64,000 nucleotides of DNA from Alkalispirochaeta sp. (GCA_965242725.1 CBDESZ010000015.1:1-64000); one strand, 5' to 3'. Numbered from the stretch's first letter, positions 19,882 to 29,909 are shown. Notes: a model not told the origin generated them from the letters alone. Translations and numbers: made by a program.

Positions 19882-20883
19882 ATGATGAGTAGACTCACGA
19901 GAATTGCACTTGCGCTTGCCCTTATATTCGCAGTTGCAATATTTTCCGTTTCCGGAGCTGGTCAGGCGGAGCAAGAGCAGGCTATGTCTGCGGATTACCC
20001 AAATGACAATATTACCGTCTACGTTCCGTTCTCGGCAGGTGGCAGTACCGATCTCATGGCGCGTATAATCGCAGAGCCGCTCGGAGAGATTCTGGGAGTA
20101 CCGATGGTTGTTGAGAATAGACCTGGAGGCGGTGGAGCCATCGCTATGAATGCACTGTCGATTGCCGACCCGGACGGGTATACGATCGCCCTTACCTCTC
20201 TTGGTCCGGCGATGCTGACGCCAAACCAGGGAGATGTCGGTTATACTGATGAAGAGTTTGCGCCCATCAGTCAGACCTCTTTCCTTCCGTCGATGCTGTT
20301 TGTAAGTTCAGATTCACCATATGAAACGTTGGCGGAATTGGTTGCGGCGGCGAAAGGTATGCCCGGTGAAATGACCTATTCCTCTACCGGTGCCGGCGGA
20401 ACGGGGCATGTCGCGTGTGAATTGTTTCAGGAAGAACTGGGTGAGAAAGGCCTGTTCAATATGGTTCCCTTCGATAGCGGGACAGAGGCTACCACGGCGG
20501 TGTTGGGCGGACATATCGAGTTCAGCCTTGGTGACGCCGGTGATACCGCGGATCACGTTGCAGATGGAAACCTGAGAGTTCTCGCGATAGCATCGGAAGA
20601 ACGGGATCCGATGTTTCCCGACGTACCTACGTTCCGGGAACTGGGATATGACGTCGTTATCGGACCGTGGTGGGGATTTGCCGCACCAGCCGGAACACCA
20701 AAAGAGATTATTGATATACTGGATGACGGAATTAAACAGGCGCTGGAAAATCAAAATGTTGTACGGCAAATGATGAACATCAATAGTCCGGTGGTATACA
20801 CGGAAACCACGAAATTCACCGAGAATTGGCATCGGGATTTCGATATGTATCGGACGATGATTCAGGCGATACAGGGAAATTAA
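19882..20883 (+). CDS. tctC: tripartite tricarboxylate transporter substrate-binding protein
   Basis: VPFSAGGSTD, VENRPGGGG, PDGYT, PDVPTFRELG. Confidence 0.93.
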   Translation: MMSRLTRIALALALIFAVAIFSVSGAGQAEQEQAMSADYPNDNITVYVPFSAGGSTDLMARIIAEPLGEILGVPMVVENRPGGGGAIAMNALSIADPDGYTIALTSLGPAMLTPNQGDVGYTDEEFAPISQTSFLPSMLFVSSDSPYETLAELVAAAKGMPGEMTYSSTGAGGTGHVACELFQEELGEKGLFNMVPFDSGTEATTAVLGGHIEFSLGDAGDTADHVADGNLRVLAIASEERDPMFPDVPTFRELGYDVVIGPWWGFAAPAGTPKEIIDILDDGIKQALENQNVVRQMMNINSPVVYTETTKFTENWHRDFDMYRTMIQAIQGN

Positions 20884-20894
20884 ATACTAACACT

Positions 20895-20937
20895 GTACCG
20901 TGCCAAGGTAGTTGGTGCCTGGTCAATGGCACGGTAC
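20895..20937 (+). other. 11-bp stem-loop after tctC
   Basis: GTACCGTGCCA (20895-20905) and TGGCACGGTAC (20927-20937). Confidence 0.6.
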
Positions 20938-20964
20938 GACTGTCCGTCGGGACAACCAAAAAGT

Positions 20965-21000
20965 TTGACAGCGGTATTTGCGCATGGTAACATGTATACA
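20965..21000 (+). promoter_or_regulatory. internal sigma70-type promoter for tctBA with TGTATACA palindrome
   Basis: TTGACA-N17-TAACAT with extended TG, overlapping TGTATACA. Confidence 0.7.
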
Positions 21001-21114
21001 AATACAAACATACATCGAATCACTGGTGGCATATAGGTTGCGGCGGTTCAAAGAGTCCTGGTTGCACGTCATAACGAGGAGGTGAGAATCGAGTTAATTG
21101 CTTGATGCTAAATT

Positions 21115-21567
21115 ATGAAAAAAATATCTATGGATCTAATAGTTTCATCGCTGTTTTTCATATCTGGATTGGGAATGCTTGCCGTTTCGTCCCAGTTACC
21201 ATTCCGTACAAACGTTACGAACTTTGCCGGTCCGGGAACATTTCCCGTCGGGCTGACGATTATCATAGTATTTTTTTCTGGAATTTTAATCGTAAAAGAA
21301 GTTATCAGGATTTCAAAGGGAACTGCAAACGCTTTAAAAATAACAAAAAATGATCTAATTAGAGTTGTTTCAATTATTGTAAGTTCAATCATATACATTG
21401 AACTTCTTCCCGTGGTCGGTTATTTGGCGGCCACTATCGGATTTACCGCTCTGGCTTTATGGATATTTGGATTCCGTAAAAAATTGCCTTTCGCAGTTAT
21501 TACGATTGTATTTCCCCTCGCTATTCTCGTCATTTTCAAGGAATTTCTCAATATTCCACTACCATGA
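21115..21567 (+). CDS. tctB: tripartite tricarboxylate transporter TctB
   Basis: 4 TM, GPGTFP, C-terminal FLNIPLP. Confidence 0.88.
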   Translation: MKKISMDLIVSSLFFISGLGMLAVSSQLPFRTNVTNFAGPGTFPVGLTIIIVFFSGILIVKEVIRISKGTANALKITKNDLIRVVSIIVSSIIYIELLPVVGYLAATIGFTALALWIFGFRKKLPFAVITIVFPLAILVIFKEFLNIPLP

Positions 21568-21586
21568 TACATAGGAGCGGAGCAAA

Positions 21587-23062
21587 ATGGGTTTTGCACT
21601 GAATTTTGTTGTTAATGCGCTGTTTTGTTTTTTAGGCACCAGTATTGGAATTGTCTTTGGTGCCATTCCCGGTCTGACCGCGACAATGGCTATCGCTCTG
21701 TTTTTACCTTTTACCTTCGGCATGGACCCGGTGTTGGCCTTTGCCCTTTTGTTGGGCCTCTATGTCGGGGGCGTTTACGGCGGATCGATAACTGCCATCC
21801 TGATCAATACTCCCGGTACACCGGGAGCGGCTGCCACCGCGGTGGAAGGGTATCCCCTGGCGAGACAGGGAAAAGCTTTGGACGCGCTGTCACTGGCAAC
21901 GGTGTCGTCATTTATCGGAGGAATGCTCAGTTGTGGAGTGTTGATCGTAATGGCCCCCCAGCTGGCCCGGGTGGCTCTACGGTTTGGACCGCCGGAGTAC
22001 TTCGCCATATCCCTCTTCGGGTTGAGCATGGTGTCCAGCATCGCATCGAAGAATATCGTGAAAGGAATAATAGCAGCCGCTTTCGGTCTGTTGGCGGCGA
22101 CGATAGGTATCGATCCGATAGTCGGAACGATGAGATTGACTTTCGGCAATCTGAATCTAGTTGCCGGGATTGGTCTGATCGCCTCGTTAATCGGTCTATT
22201 CGCAATTTCCGAAGTCCTCTCGAAACTGGAAACGATAAAACGAACCAAGGGGATAGAAGACAAAGACATCGAAAAAATAACCGGGAACTTTGTAAGTCTG
22301 AAAGTATTACGGGCAAATATTGTGAACTTTCTCAGATCCGCTGCAATTGGTATCGGAATCGGTTTAATACCAGCGGTAGGGGTGAGTATGTCGAATTGGA
22401 TCGCCTACAATGAAGCCAAACGGGCAACCAAGACACCGGAACTCTATGGAGAGGGTTGTTTTGAGGGAGTTGCCGCTTCAGAGACGTCCAACAACGCCGT
22501 TACCGGTGGTGCCCTCGTTCCAATGCTCACATTGGGAATCCCCGGAGACGCAATGACAGCTGTCCTGCTGGGTGCGTTGTTGATTCAGGGGCTGGCACCG
22601 GGACCAAAACTCTTCATAGATACCCCGGAGGTTGTGACCGGTATATACGGAATGCTGGCACTGGCAAACGTATTCATGCTGATCATCGGGCTCGGGATGA
22701 TTAACATTTTTGTAAAAATTATTAAAGTGCCGACAAACGTCCTGATGCCGCTTGTTCTGGTCATGTGCTATATCGGATCATATGCCATCCATAACAACTT
22801 CTTCGACGTATACGTCACGTTGTTTTTCGGTATTGTTGCATTCCTGTCCCTGAAGGCAAAGTATCCGCTTCCGCCGATGCTCTTAGGTATAATTCTGGGA
22901 CCAATAATTGAGTCCAATTTCAGACGGGCCATAACCATGTCCCGCGGCAGTTTGGGAATATTTTTTGAGCGCCCGTTGTCGGCGACATTTATCGTAATCG
23001 CCATTGTCGCAATGATCTATCCCGTGTTGAGGGAGTATATCAAGCCCAGGGTAAAGACGTGA
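21587..23062 (+). CDS. tctA: tripartite tricarboxylate transporter TctA
   Basis: GAIPGL, NTPGTP, ETSNNA, LTLGIPGD. Confidence 0.95.
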   Translation: MGFALNFVVNALFCFLGTSIGIVFGAIPGLTATMAIALFLPFTFGMDPVLAFALLLGLYVGGVYGGSITAILINTPGTPGAAATAVEGYPLARQGKALDALSLATVSSFIGGMLSCGVLIVMAPQLARVALRFGPPEYFAISLFGLSMVSSIASKNIVKGIIAAAFGLLAATIGIDPIVGTMRLTFGNLNLVAGIGLIASLIGLFAISEVLSKLETIKRTKGIEDKDIEKITGNFVSLKVLRANIVNFLRSAAIGIGIGLIPAVGVSMSNWIAYNEAKRATKTPELYGEGCFEGVAASETSNNAVTGGALVPMLTLGIPGDAMTAVLLGALLIQGLAPGPKLFIDTPEVVTGIYGMLALANVFMLIIGLGMINIFVKIIKVPTNVLMPLVLVMCYIGSYAIHNNFFDVYVTLFFGIVAFLSLKAKYPLPPMLLGIILGPIIESNFRRAITMSRGSLGIFFERPLSATFIVIAIVAMIYPVLREYIKPRVKT

Positions 23063-23086
23063 GGTAGCTGTATCAAAAGTTTGTGA

Positions 23087-23878
23087 ATGGCGCGTATGAA
23101 CTCCTACGTAAAGATGGAGATTTCCGATAAGATCGTACTTCTGACCATTAACCGGCCGGGAGCGTACAATGCTATTAATCTACCTACGGCGCAGGAGCTT
23201 GCGGAACATCTCGTGACCTTGGGTTCCAATCGGCAGGTACAGGGGATCATTATCACCGGCGCGGGTACAGCTTTTTCAGCGGGCGGTGATATCCGGCAGA
23301 TGATGAACGACCCCGATGGCCCGGCGGCGACCTTTTCCCGACTCGCGGCCGTGGTAAACACCTGCATCACTGAGATTCGGCGGATGCGGAAACCGGTGGT
23401 TGCCGCAGTAAACGGGATCGCCGCCGGCGGCGGTTTTTCTCTCGCCCTGGCCTGTGATTTTCGAGTGATCGCCGGGACGGCGCGACTGAAACAGGGTTTC
23501 ACGACTAATGGTCTATGCATCGACGGCGGCGGCACCTTTTTGCTCCCCCGGCTGGTAGGGTTGGCGCGGGCCCTCGAAATTGCGGCCCTGGATGAACCGA
23601 TCACCGCAGAAGAGGCGCTGACACTGGGATTGGTCAATCGGGTGGTGGAACCCGACGAGGTCGTGGCCGCCTCCCGACGGCTGGTGGATCACATACGTCA
23701 AAAATCGCTGCATACCTTCGGCTGGTCCAAACTACTTTTGACCAACGCCTTCGAGACGCCGCTGGAAGCACAACTGGAAATGGAACGACAGGGACTGTTC
23801 AGCTGCGCCGCCCACGCCGACGGCCAGGAGGGAATGAAAGCCTTTCTGGAAAAACGAGCACCCCGTTTCAATCAGTAA
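23087..23878 (+). CDS. enoyl-CoA hydratase/isomerase family (PaaG-like)
   Basis: FSAGGD, VNGIAAGGG, LALACD, AFLEKRAP. Confidence 0.9.
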   Translation: MARMNSYVKMEISDKIVLLTINRPGAYNAINLPTAQELAEHLVTLGSNRQVQGIIITGAGTAFSAGGDIRQMMNDPDGPAATFSRLAAVVNTCITEIRRMRKPVVAAVNGIAAGGGFSLALACDFRVIAGTARLKQGFTTNGLCIDGGGTFLLPRLVGLARALEIAALDEPITAEEALTLGLVNRVVEPDEVVAASRRLVDHIRQKSLHTFGWSKLLLTNAFETPLEAQLEMERQGLFSCAAHADGQEGMKAFLEKRAPRFNQ

Positions 23879-23882
23879 CCGA

Positions 23883-24722
23883 TCAGTCAACTGGCGAAGA
23901 AATAATGCGGCTCCTCTTCATCTCCATGATTTCGTTGGTCAGGCAAAAACCTTTCAGGAACGCGTCAAAGGACTTGCCGAATCTCTCGTCTACATGAAGA
24001 ACCTGGTCGGGACAGATATATACACAATGGAGACATTCGATGCACTTCGTGGGGTCCGCCTTTCCCGTTATTGCATCAAATGCATGTGTCGCACACTCCT
24101 TTTCACACCGTCGACACATTCGGCACGTTTCAACCGTTCGCTCCGGGATCGCTCTCAACGTTCTTTCTTTGGATTCGGGACCTCCAAACAGGCAAATGGT
24201 CTCGTTGTAACCTGATGGCTTCTGCAATGGTAAAATATCCGGAGACGGAGACCGGAATATTCGACATGCCCGGACCGCATATTCCGACGCGATCGCGAAA
24301 TCCGACGCATCAGGTCGATTGGGCAGGATCGTCCACCCTGTAAGATTGAAGGTATGCCGACCGGGAAACTCTGCGGACAGACATACCCTGAAACCGGCGG
24401 CCTCCAGTAGTCGTTTTGTATGGAAATGGGCGAAACCGGCACTTCGTGCTCCGTAAGTGAAAAACATGGTCGCCGGTTTTCCATGGCCTTTCAGTGTTTG
24501 AATCCAGTCGTTTACTACCGACGGTGCAAAATCCATGTACACCGGAAATCCGAATACCGCGCCGTCAAATCGATGAAATCCGAGCCGATTCTGTCGTGAT
24601 GAAAATGAGGTTACATCAAAGACTTCAACGGTACATCCGCGTTCTATGAGTCCGGAAGAGACAACCTTGGTTATAGACGCGGTAACACCGGTTCCCGAGA
24701 AAAACACAAGGGCAATACGCAT
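23883..24722 (-). CDS. EFR1-type flavodoxin-ferredoxin fusion
   Basis: FSGTGVT flavodoxin N-terminus; CRMCRRCEKEC and CIECLHCVYICP 4Fe-4S motifs. Confidence 0.85.
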   Translation of the reverse strand: MRIALVFFSGTGVTASITKVVSSGLIERGCTVEVFDVTSFSSRQNRLGFHRFDGAVFGFPVYMDFAPSVVNDWIQTLKGHGKPATMFFTYGARSAGFAHFHTKRLLEAAGFRVCLSAEFPGRHTFNLTGWTILPNRPDASDFAIASEYAVRACRIFRSPSPDILPLQKPSGYNETICLFGGPESKERTLRAIPERTVETCRMCRRCEKECATHAFDAITGKADPTKCIECLHCVYICPDQVLHVDERFGKSFDAFLKGFCLTNEIMEMKRSRIISSPVD

Positions 24723-24846
24723 GAACTTCCTTGGTCAAACCGAATCTGAAACTCATCATATCGGAAACGTCAGAGAAGTGCACGTATGACTCTTCGCCAC
24801 ATACTTATTGCAGCGGATGACATAAAACAAAGGGGACCTACGGCTA

Positions 24847-25932
24847 TTACTTTCTGCGGGCTCCCAGTTTCGAGGGAATAATCCACGCCGGCAGGGCTAT
24901 CCTGAACTTCTGTCCTCCCCTGAGGGAGACGATGACGCTCTGCAGGACGATGAAGAGATAGAGCAGCAGTCCGGCGATGATCGCCTGGAGGTTTGAGTCG
25001 ACGCCGGCGGCTCGGATCAGTTCGTTGATTGTTAGCAGCGTCAGGGCTCCGACCGGCGATCCCAGGAGGTTGCCGACGCCGCCGTTGAGCATCGTACCGC
25101 CGATGATCGCGGCGGCGATAGCCTTCATTTCCATTCCGGCGCCGTTCCCCACATTCCCCGCACCGGTGGTCATGATAAATACGAAGCCGGCAGTACCTGC
25201 AAGGAGACCGCTCAGCACGTAGGAGAAGAACTTCGTTCTCTTCACGTTGATGCCGAGCATGAGAGAGCTCTGGCTGTTTCCCCCGACGGCGTAGAGGTTG
25301 CGGCCAAACCTGGACCAGTGCATGACACTTGCCAGGACCACCACCAGAACAATTACGACGATCGCGCCGGGTTTGATTTCCAGGGGGATGAAGTTGCCGA
25401 GACGGTTCGTCCTGCCCAGCCATGGAAGGACAAATTCAAAATCGCGGAGGGCAACAAATTCGGGGGCAGTTACATTGAGGGGGTCCTTGTGAATGGTCGT
25501 CAGGAGGCCCGCCCCGAGAAACAGGCCGGCGAGGGTGATTATAAACGGCTGAATTTCGAGGTAGGCGATCAGGAAGCCCTGAAGCAGACCGAACGCGAGG
25601 CCGATCGCCAGGGCGAGGACGATTGCACCGCCGACGCTGCCTCCGCGCAGTTCCAGCAACACCGCGCAGGACATGGTAACAAGGCCCATGACGGAACCGA
25701 CGGAAATATCGATGCCGCCACCGATCATCACGATGCTTATCCCCAGGGTGATGATGATGAAGGGAGCGTTCAGACTGAAAAGGTCAAAAAAAGTCTGGAA
25801 TTGCAGAAAACTGACGGGGTAGCTGAGTACGGCAAATCCGTACATCAGCACGAAAATTCCCCCGGCGATGTAGAAGAGCAGGTTGGAGTTGGTTATCGTT
25901 TCTCTGGGTTTGACGGCGTCCGCTGATTTCAC
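24847..25932 (-). CDS. yjfF: sugar ABC permease (YjfF-like)
   Basis: GGIDISVG, IQPFIITLAG, YAVGGN; GTG start after GGAGG. Confidence 0.85.
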   Translation of the reverse strand: MKSADAVKPRETITNSNLLFYIAGGIFVLMYGFAVLSYPVSFLQFQTFFDLFSLNAPFIIITLGISIVMIGGGIDISVGSVMGLVTMSCAVLLELRGGSVGGAIVLALAIGLAFGLLQGFLIAYLEIQPFIITLAGLFLGAGLLTTIHKDPLNVTAPEFVALRDFEFVLPWLGRTNRLGNFIPLEIKPGAIVVIVLVVVLASVMHWSRFGRNLYAVGGNSQSSLMLGINVKRTKFFSYVLSGLLAGTAGFVFIMTTGAGNVGNGAGMEMKAIAAAIIGGTMLNGGVGNLLGSPVGALTLLTINELIRAAGVDSNLQAIIAGLLLYLFIVLQSVIVSLRGGQKFRIALPAWIIPSKLGARRK

Positions 25933-25933
25933 C

Positions 25934-27001
25934 TTACACCTCCTGCCCGGGAGCGGGAGCCGGACCGACCCCGCGACGCCTGCTTCCAACCCGACCGGCG
26001 AATTTCCTGGCAGCCTCCCGCACAACCGGCGATGAAACCACCATGAGCAGGATTATGAATACCGCCTTGAACGCCTTGATCGCCTCGGTGTTCACTTCAA
26101 GTCTGAGGAGCGTTCTGTTGAGTACTTCAATCGTATACGCACCGATGATCGAGCCGGTTATGCTGAATTTGCCGCCGCTGAGGACGTTTCCTCCGATGGC
26201 GACGGCAAGAATTGCGTCGAGTTCTATGAATTTGAGGAGGTTGACGCTGTCGTGACGCCCCGCCTTGGTCACGGCAATAAATCCGGCGACGGCCGTACAG
26301 ATACCCATGATCATGTAGGTCAGAAACTTTACCTTCATCGGGTCTATGCCGTTCAGGCGCGAGGCGGTCTCGTTGATACCCACCGATTCAGCATAGAGCT
26401 TGAGATTGGTGAATTTGAGCGTGAGCACCACAATCACTATGAACAGCGCGGTCAGAATGATCGGAGTCTGAAGGGGAACGCCGGGGATGACGCCGCCGAT
26501 TTGACTTGTCAGTTCCGTGGCGATTACCGGGGAGAGTTTTCCATCGATGAGAAAGGCAATGGACCTGCCCCCGGTGAAGAGAATGAGCGTTGCGACCATC
26601 GGTTGGACCTTGAAAACCGCAACCAGGGATCCATTGAACGCCCCGATAAGCAGCCCGGTACCGCAGCTCGCAAGCAGCGCCGCCAGTATCGTCGTGAGGG
26701 TGACGTGATCGGCGGCGATGATGACCTGGCCGAAGACTGCCGAGGCGATCGTGGCGGCAACGCCGACGCTGATATCCTGTCCCCCCGATGACGCCGTGAC
26801 GAGGGTCATGCCGATTGAAATGATGACCAGCTCGGACGCGCCGAAGAGAATGTTGGGAATGTTCCCGTAGAGCGCCCCATTGATCATTGAAATACTGAAG
26901 TAGTCGGCGCCCTTGATCAGGTTGATGATAACCAGCAGCCCCAGTACGGAGAGGGGCAGCACAAGATGGGCTGCCGTTGATTTGACTTTGATGCGTGCCA
27001 T
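25934..27001 (-). CDS. ytfT: sugar ABC permease (YtfT-like)
   Basis: GMTLV, DISVG, QPMVATLIL, ELDAILAVAIGG. Confidence 0.85.
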   Translation of the reverse strand: MARIKVKSTAAHLVLPLSVLGLLVIINLIKGADYFSISMINGALYGNIPNILFGASELVIISIGMTLVTASSGGQDISVGVAATIASAVFGQVIIAADHVTLTTILAALLASCGTGLLIGAFNGSLVAVFKVQPMVATLILFTGGRSIAFLIDGKLSPVIATELTSQIGGVIPGVPLQTPIILTALFIVIVVLTLKFTNLKLYAESVGINETASRLNGIDPMKVKFLTYMIMGICTAVAGFIAVTKAGRHDSVNLLKFIELDAILAVAIGGNVLSGGKFSITGSIIGAYTIEVLNRTLLRLEVNTEAIKAFKAVFIILLMVVSSPVVREAARKFAGRVGSRRRGVGPAPAPGQEV

Positions 27002-27002
27002 C

Positions 27003-28505
27003 CTACTCTTTCCCCCTGGCAATCACGTGCATGACGTCGCTCTCCGTCAGATTTCCACCGGAGAGCTCGCCGACGATTTCCCGGTCTTTCATGACAATCA
27101 ATCGGGAACAGGTCCGCAGCATTTCCTCGATTTCGGACGAAATGAAGGTCACGCTGACTCCCTCTTCCGCCAGTTTCAGGACGAGCTTCTGGATCTCCAC
27201 CTTTGTGCCCACGTCGATGCCCCGTGTAGGCTCGTCGAGGATGAGGTAGTCCGGGTGGGTAAGGAGCCAGCGCGCAAGAACCACCTTCTGCTGGTTGCCC
27301 CCTGAGAGGGACTTGATCGGTGTAGCCGACGTCGGTGTCTTGATATTCAGTGCGGCGATATACTCGTCTGCGAACTCCTCCGCCTCTTTCCGTGAAAAGG
27401 GTTTGAGGAACCCTTTCATCACCTGCAGCGCAAGGATGATATTCTCCCGCACGGAGAGTTCGTCAATAATCCCGTCGCCTTTCCGGTCTTCCGGAAGATA
27501 GCCGATACCGTGTTTCATCGCATGTATAGGTTTTGTCAGCTTTACCTCTTCCCCTTTGACGCGAACCGTTCCGCCGGTAACTCTGTCCGCCGCAAAGATC
27601 GCCCGTGCGCTCTCGCTGCGGCCGGAACCCAGCAATCCTGCAAAGCCGTTCACCTCGCCTTTGTGTATCCTGAAGTCAAAGGGGCGCACTCCCGCCGCGC
27701 TGGAGAGCCCTTCCGCTTCAAATACCGGTACACTCTCGTCCGCGCCGGGGGGCTCATGGGTTTCAAAGTCGGCGATCGCATCAAGGGCTTTTCCCATCAT
27801 CCTGGAGACGAGCTCCAGCTGCGGCAGTTTTGATGCTTCGTACTCGCCGATGAATGCTCCGTTTCGGAGTACCGTGATTCGGTCGCTGATTTCGTAAACC
27901 TGGTCAAGAAAGTGAGTGACAAAGAGGATCGCCACACCCCGCGACTTCAACTCCCGCATGAGGTTGAAGAGTTTCCGGACTTCGTCTTCATCGAGGGATG
28001 AAGTCGGCTCGTCCAGGACGAGGATTCTGCAGTTCATGTCGATCGCCCGGGCAATGGCGATCATCTGCTGAACCGCAAGGGAACAGCTTGAAAGCTGCTG
28101 GGTAGGTCGCGCCGGAATCCCCAGGGAATCCAGGAGTTCCGCCGTTCTCCTGTTTATCTTCTTCCAGTTGACGAAGGTGTACCTGCCGCGGCCGATGAAC
28201 GTGTTTTCCGCGACGGTAAGATTGGGGCAGAGCGATATTTCCTGATAGACCGTCCCGATCCCGTGGTTCTGGGCATCCTGGGGCGACCGGAAATGTATCT
28301 CCTCGCCGTCGATTGAAATCCTGCCGGCATCCTTCTCGTATACTCCGGTCATCACCTTGATCAACGTGGACTTGCCCGCTCCATTCTCGCCCATGAGCGA
28401 GTGGACCTCGCCCGTACGGAGGGTAAACCGCACATCCTGGAGTGCTTTCACTCCCGGAAACGCCTTGTGAATACCGCTCATTTCCAGCACATTCTGGGAC
28501 TGCAA
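27003..28505 (-). CDS. ytfR: sugar ABC ATP-binding protein with two NBDs (YtfR-like)
   Basis: GENGAGKS, LSGGNQQK, DEPTRGID; TTG start. Confidence 0.92.
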   Translation of the reverse strand: MQSQNVLEMSGIHKAFPGVKALQDVRFTLRTGEVHSLMGENGAGKSTLIKVMTGVYEKDAGRISIDGEEIHFRSPQDAQNHGIGTVYQEISLCPNLTVAENTFIGRGRYTFVNWKKINRRTAELLDSLGIPARPTQQLSSCSLAVQQMIAIARAIDMNCRILVLDEPTSSLDEDEVRKLFNLMRELKSRGVAILFVTHFLDQVYEISDRITVLRNGAFIGEYEASKLPQLELVSRMMGKALDAIADFETHEPPGADESVPVFEAEGLSSAAGVRPFDFRIHKGEVNGFAGLLGSGRSESARAIFAADRVTGGTVRVKGEEVKLTKPIHAMKHGIGYLPEDRKGDGIIDELSVRENIILALQVMKGFLKPFSRKEAEEFADEYIAALNIKTPTSATPIKSLSGGNQQKVVLARWLLTHPDYLILDEPTRGIDVGTKVEIQKLVLKLAEEGVSVTFISSEIEEMLRTCSRLIVMKDREIVGELSGGNLTESDVMHVIARGKE

Positions 28506-28602
28506 TTGTTGGCTCCCTGGACTTGAGTATAATCAAAGGCGGTACGATGTGCCGGACAGGATCCGACCACCGTACCGCGCACACAACCAATTTCCCCGTT
28601 TT

Positions 28603-29643
28603 TTACCGGGTAATGACTCCCTTGCCCGGATCGTCATTGATTCCGTGGGTCGCAATGATCTCGTCGGTCACCGTGTCGGTGTCGACACCGAGCTCGTCAA
28701 TATAGACGATTCCGCTGGGGATCGACTCACCGGCCTCAAGTGCTTTGATCCATTCTGAGATCTCCGCCGCCTGGCGCGGGCTGGACTGCTGGTCGTAGTT
28801 CCAGTAACCTGCCTGGACGTTCCGAAGGGCAAAGCGGTTGAAGTCGAATCCGATAATGACGACGTCACCGTTTGCACCATGGGAGATTCCGGCTGCGTCG
28901 AGAGCCTGCACGGCACCCTGGGCCATACCGTCATTCTGGGCGTAAATGACATTGAAGTCCTTGCCCGCCGTGATTGCAGCCTCGACAACCCGTCGCGCTT
29001 CCTCAAGGCTCCAGCTGTCGCCGCCCGTTCCGTCGGCTACGATGGTGAGGTCTCCCGCTTCTTCAGCTTTCAGCACCGCATCGCTCCGGCCAATCTCGGC
29101 GGCGGAACCCAACTGCCCACGGATGAGGACAACGTTGTATTCACTTAAGCCCTGTTCCAGCAGCCAGTTCACTGTATTCCGTCCCTGTGCATACATGTCG
29201 GAAACGAGGGCCGCGCGGAAATTGGACTGGGCGGTGTCGATGAGCCGGTCAAAGAGAAAGACTGTTACGCCGGCGGTCTTTGCGGACTGCAGCACGTTGT
29301 CCCACCCTGAGGCGTTTGCCGCGGAGATGAGGAGATAATCCACGCCGTCGCGGATATACCCCTGTGCCGCCGCGATCTGCTCGCTGTTGTCCCCGGTATT
29401 GGTCTGCCGCGCATCGTATCCGTTGGCCCGGGAGAAGACGGTGTTCATGTCCTCCACGTTGGCCTGGCGGTACCCGGACTCCTCCGGCGGCAGATTTACG
29501 ATTCCGACGCGGATCAGCCCGCTTTCGCCTGCCCCTTCGCTTGATCCGCGGGCACTCACCATGCCGGTAACGGCCAGGACAAGTACAAGGATCAGACACA
29601 ATACCCTGTGCGCCTTTCTTCCAGACAATTCTCGAACTACCAT
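28603..29643 (-). CDS. sugar ABC substrate-binding protein (YtfQ-like)
   Basis: ESGYR, FLFDR, YAQNDGMA; GGAGG RBS before ATG 29643. Confidence 0.85.
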   Translation of the reverse strand: MVVRELSGRKAHRVLCLILVLVLAVTGMVSARGSSEGAGESGLIRVGIVNLPPEESGYRQANVEDMNTVFSRANGYDARQTNTGDNSEQIAAAQGYIRDGVDYLLISAANASGWDNVLQSAKTAGVTVFLFDRLIDTAQSNFRAALVSDMYAQGRNTVNWLLEQGLSEYNVVLIRGQLGSAAEIGRSDAVLKAEEAGDLTIVADGTGGDSWSLEEARRVVEAAITAGKDFNVIYAQNDGMAQGAVQALDAAGISHGANGDVVIIGFDFNRFALRNVQAGYWNYDQQSSPRQAAEISEWIKALEAGESIPSGIVYIDELGVDTDTVTDEIIATHGINDDPGKGVITR

Positions 29644-29909
29644 AGTGAACCTCCGTTTATGTGAAACGACTTGACTCAAAAGGGCGGCAACGCCGCGCTT
29701 TCCGACCTCTACCAGTAAAAAGGCAATTTCGGCGCGGCGCTACGGGAATCCTTTCGCTCTTGTGACGATCCTTTATGGGAAAAACCGGTGCGCCACGTTA
29801 TTTCTTTGATTTTATTGGGGAATACCGTGATTTCTTTCGAACTTTTGCCGTCGGCGCGGTTTTCCCTTTTGCCCGGTTCCATCCATGGTAAAATCGAAGG
29901 ACTATCGTT

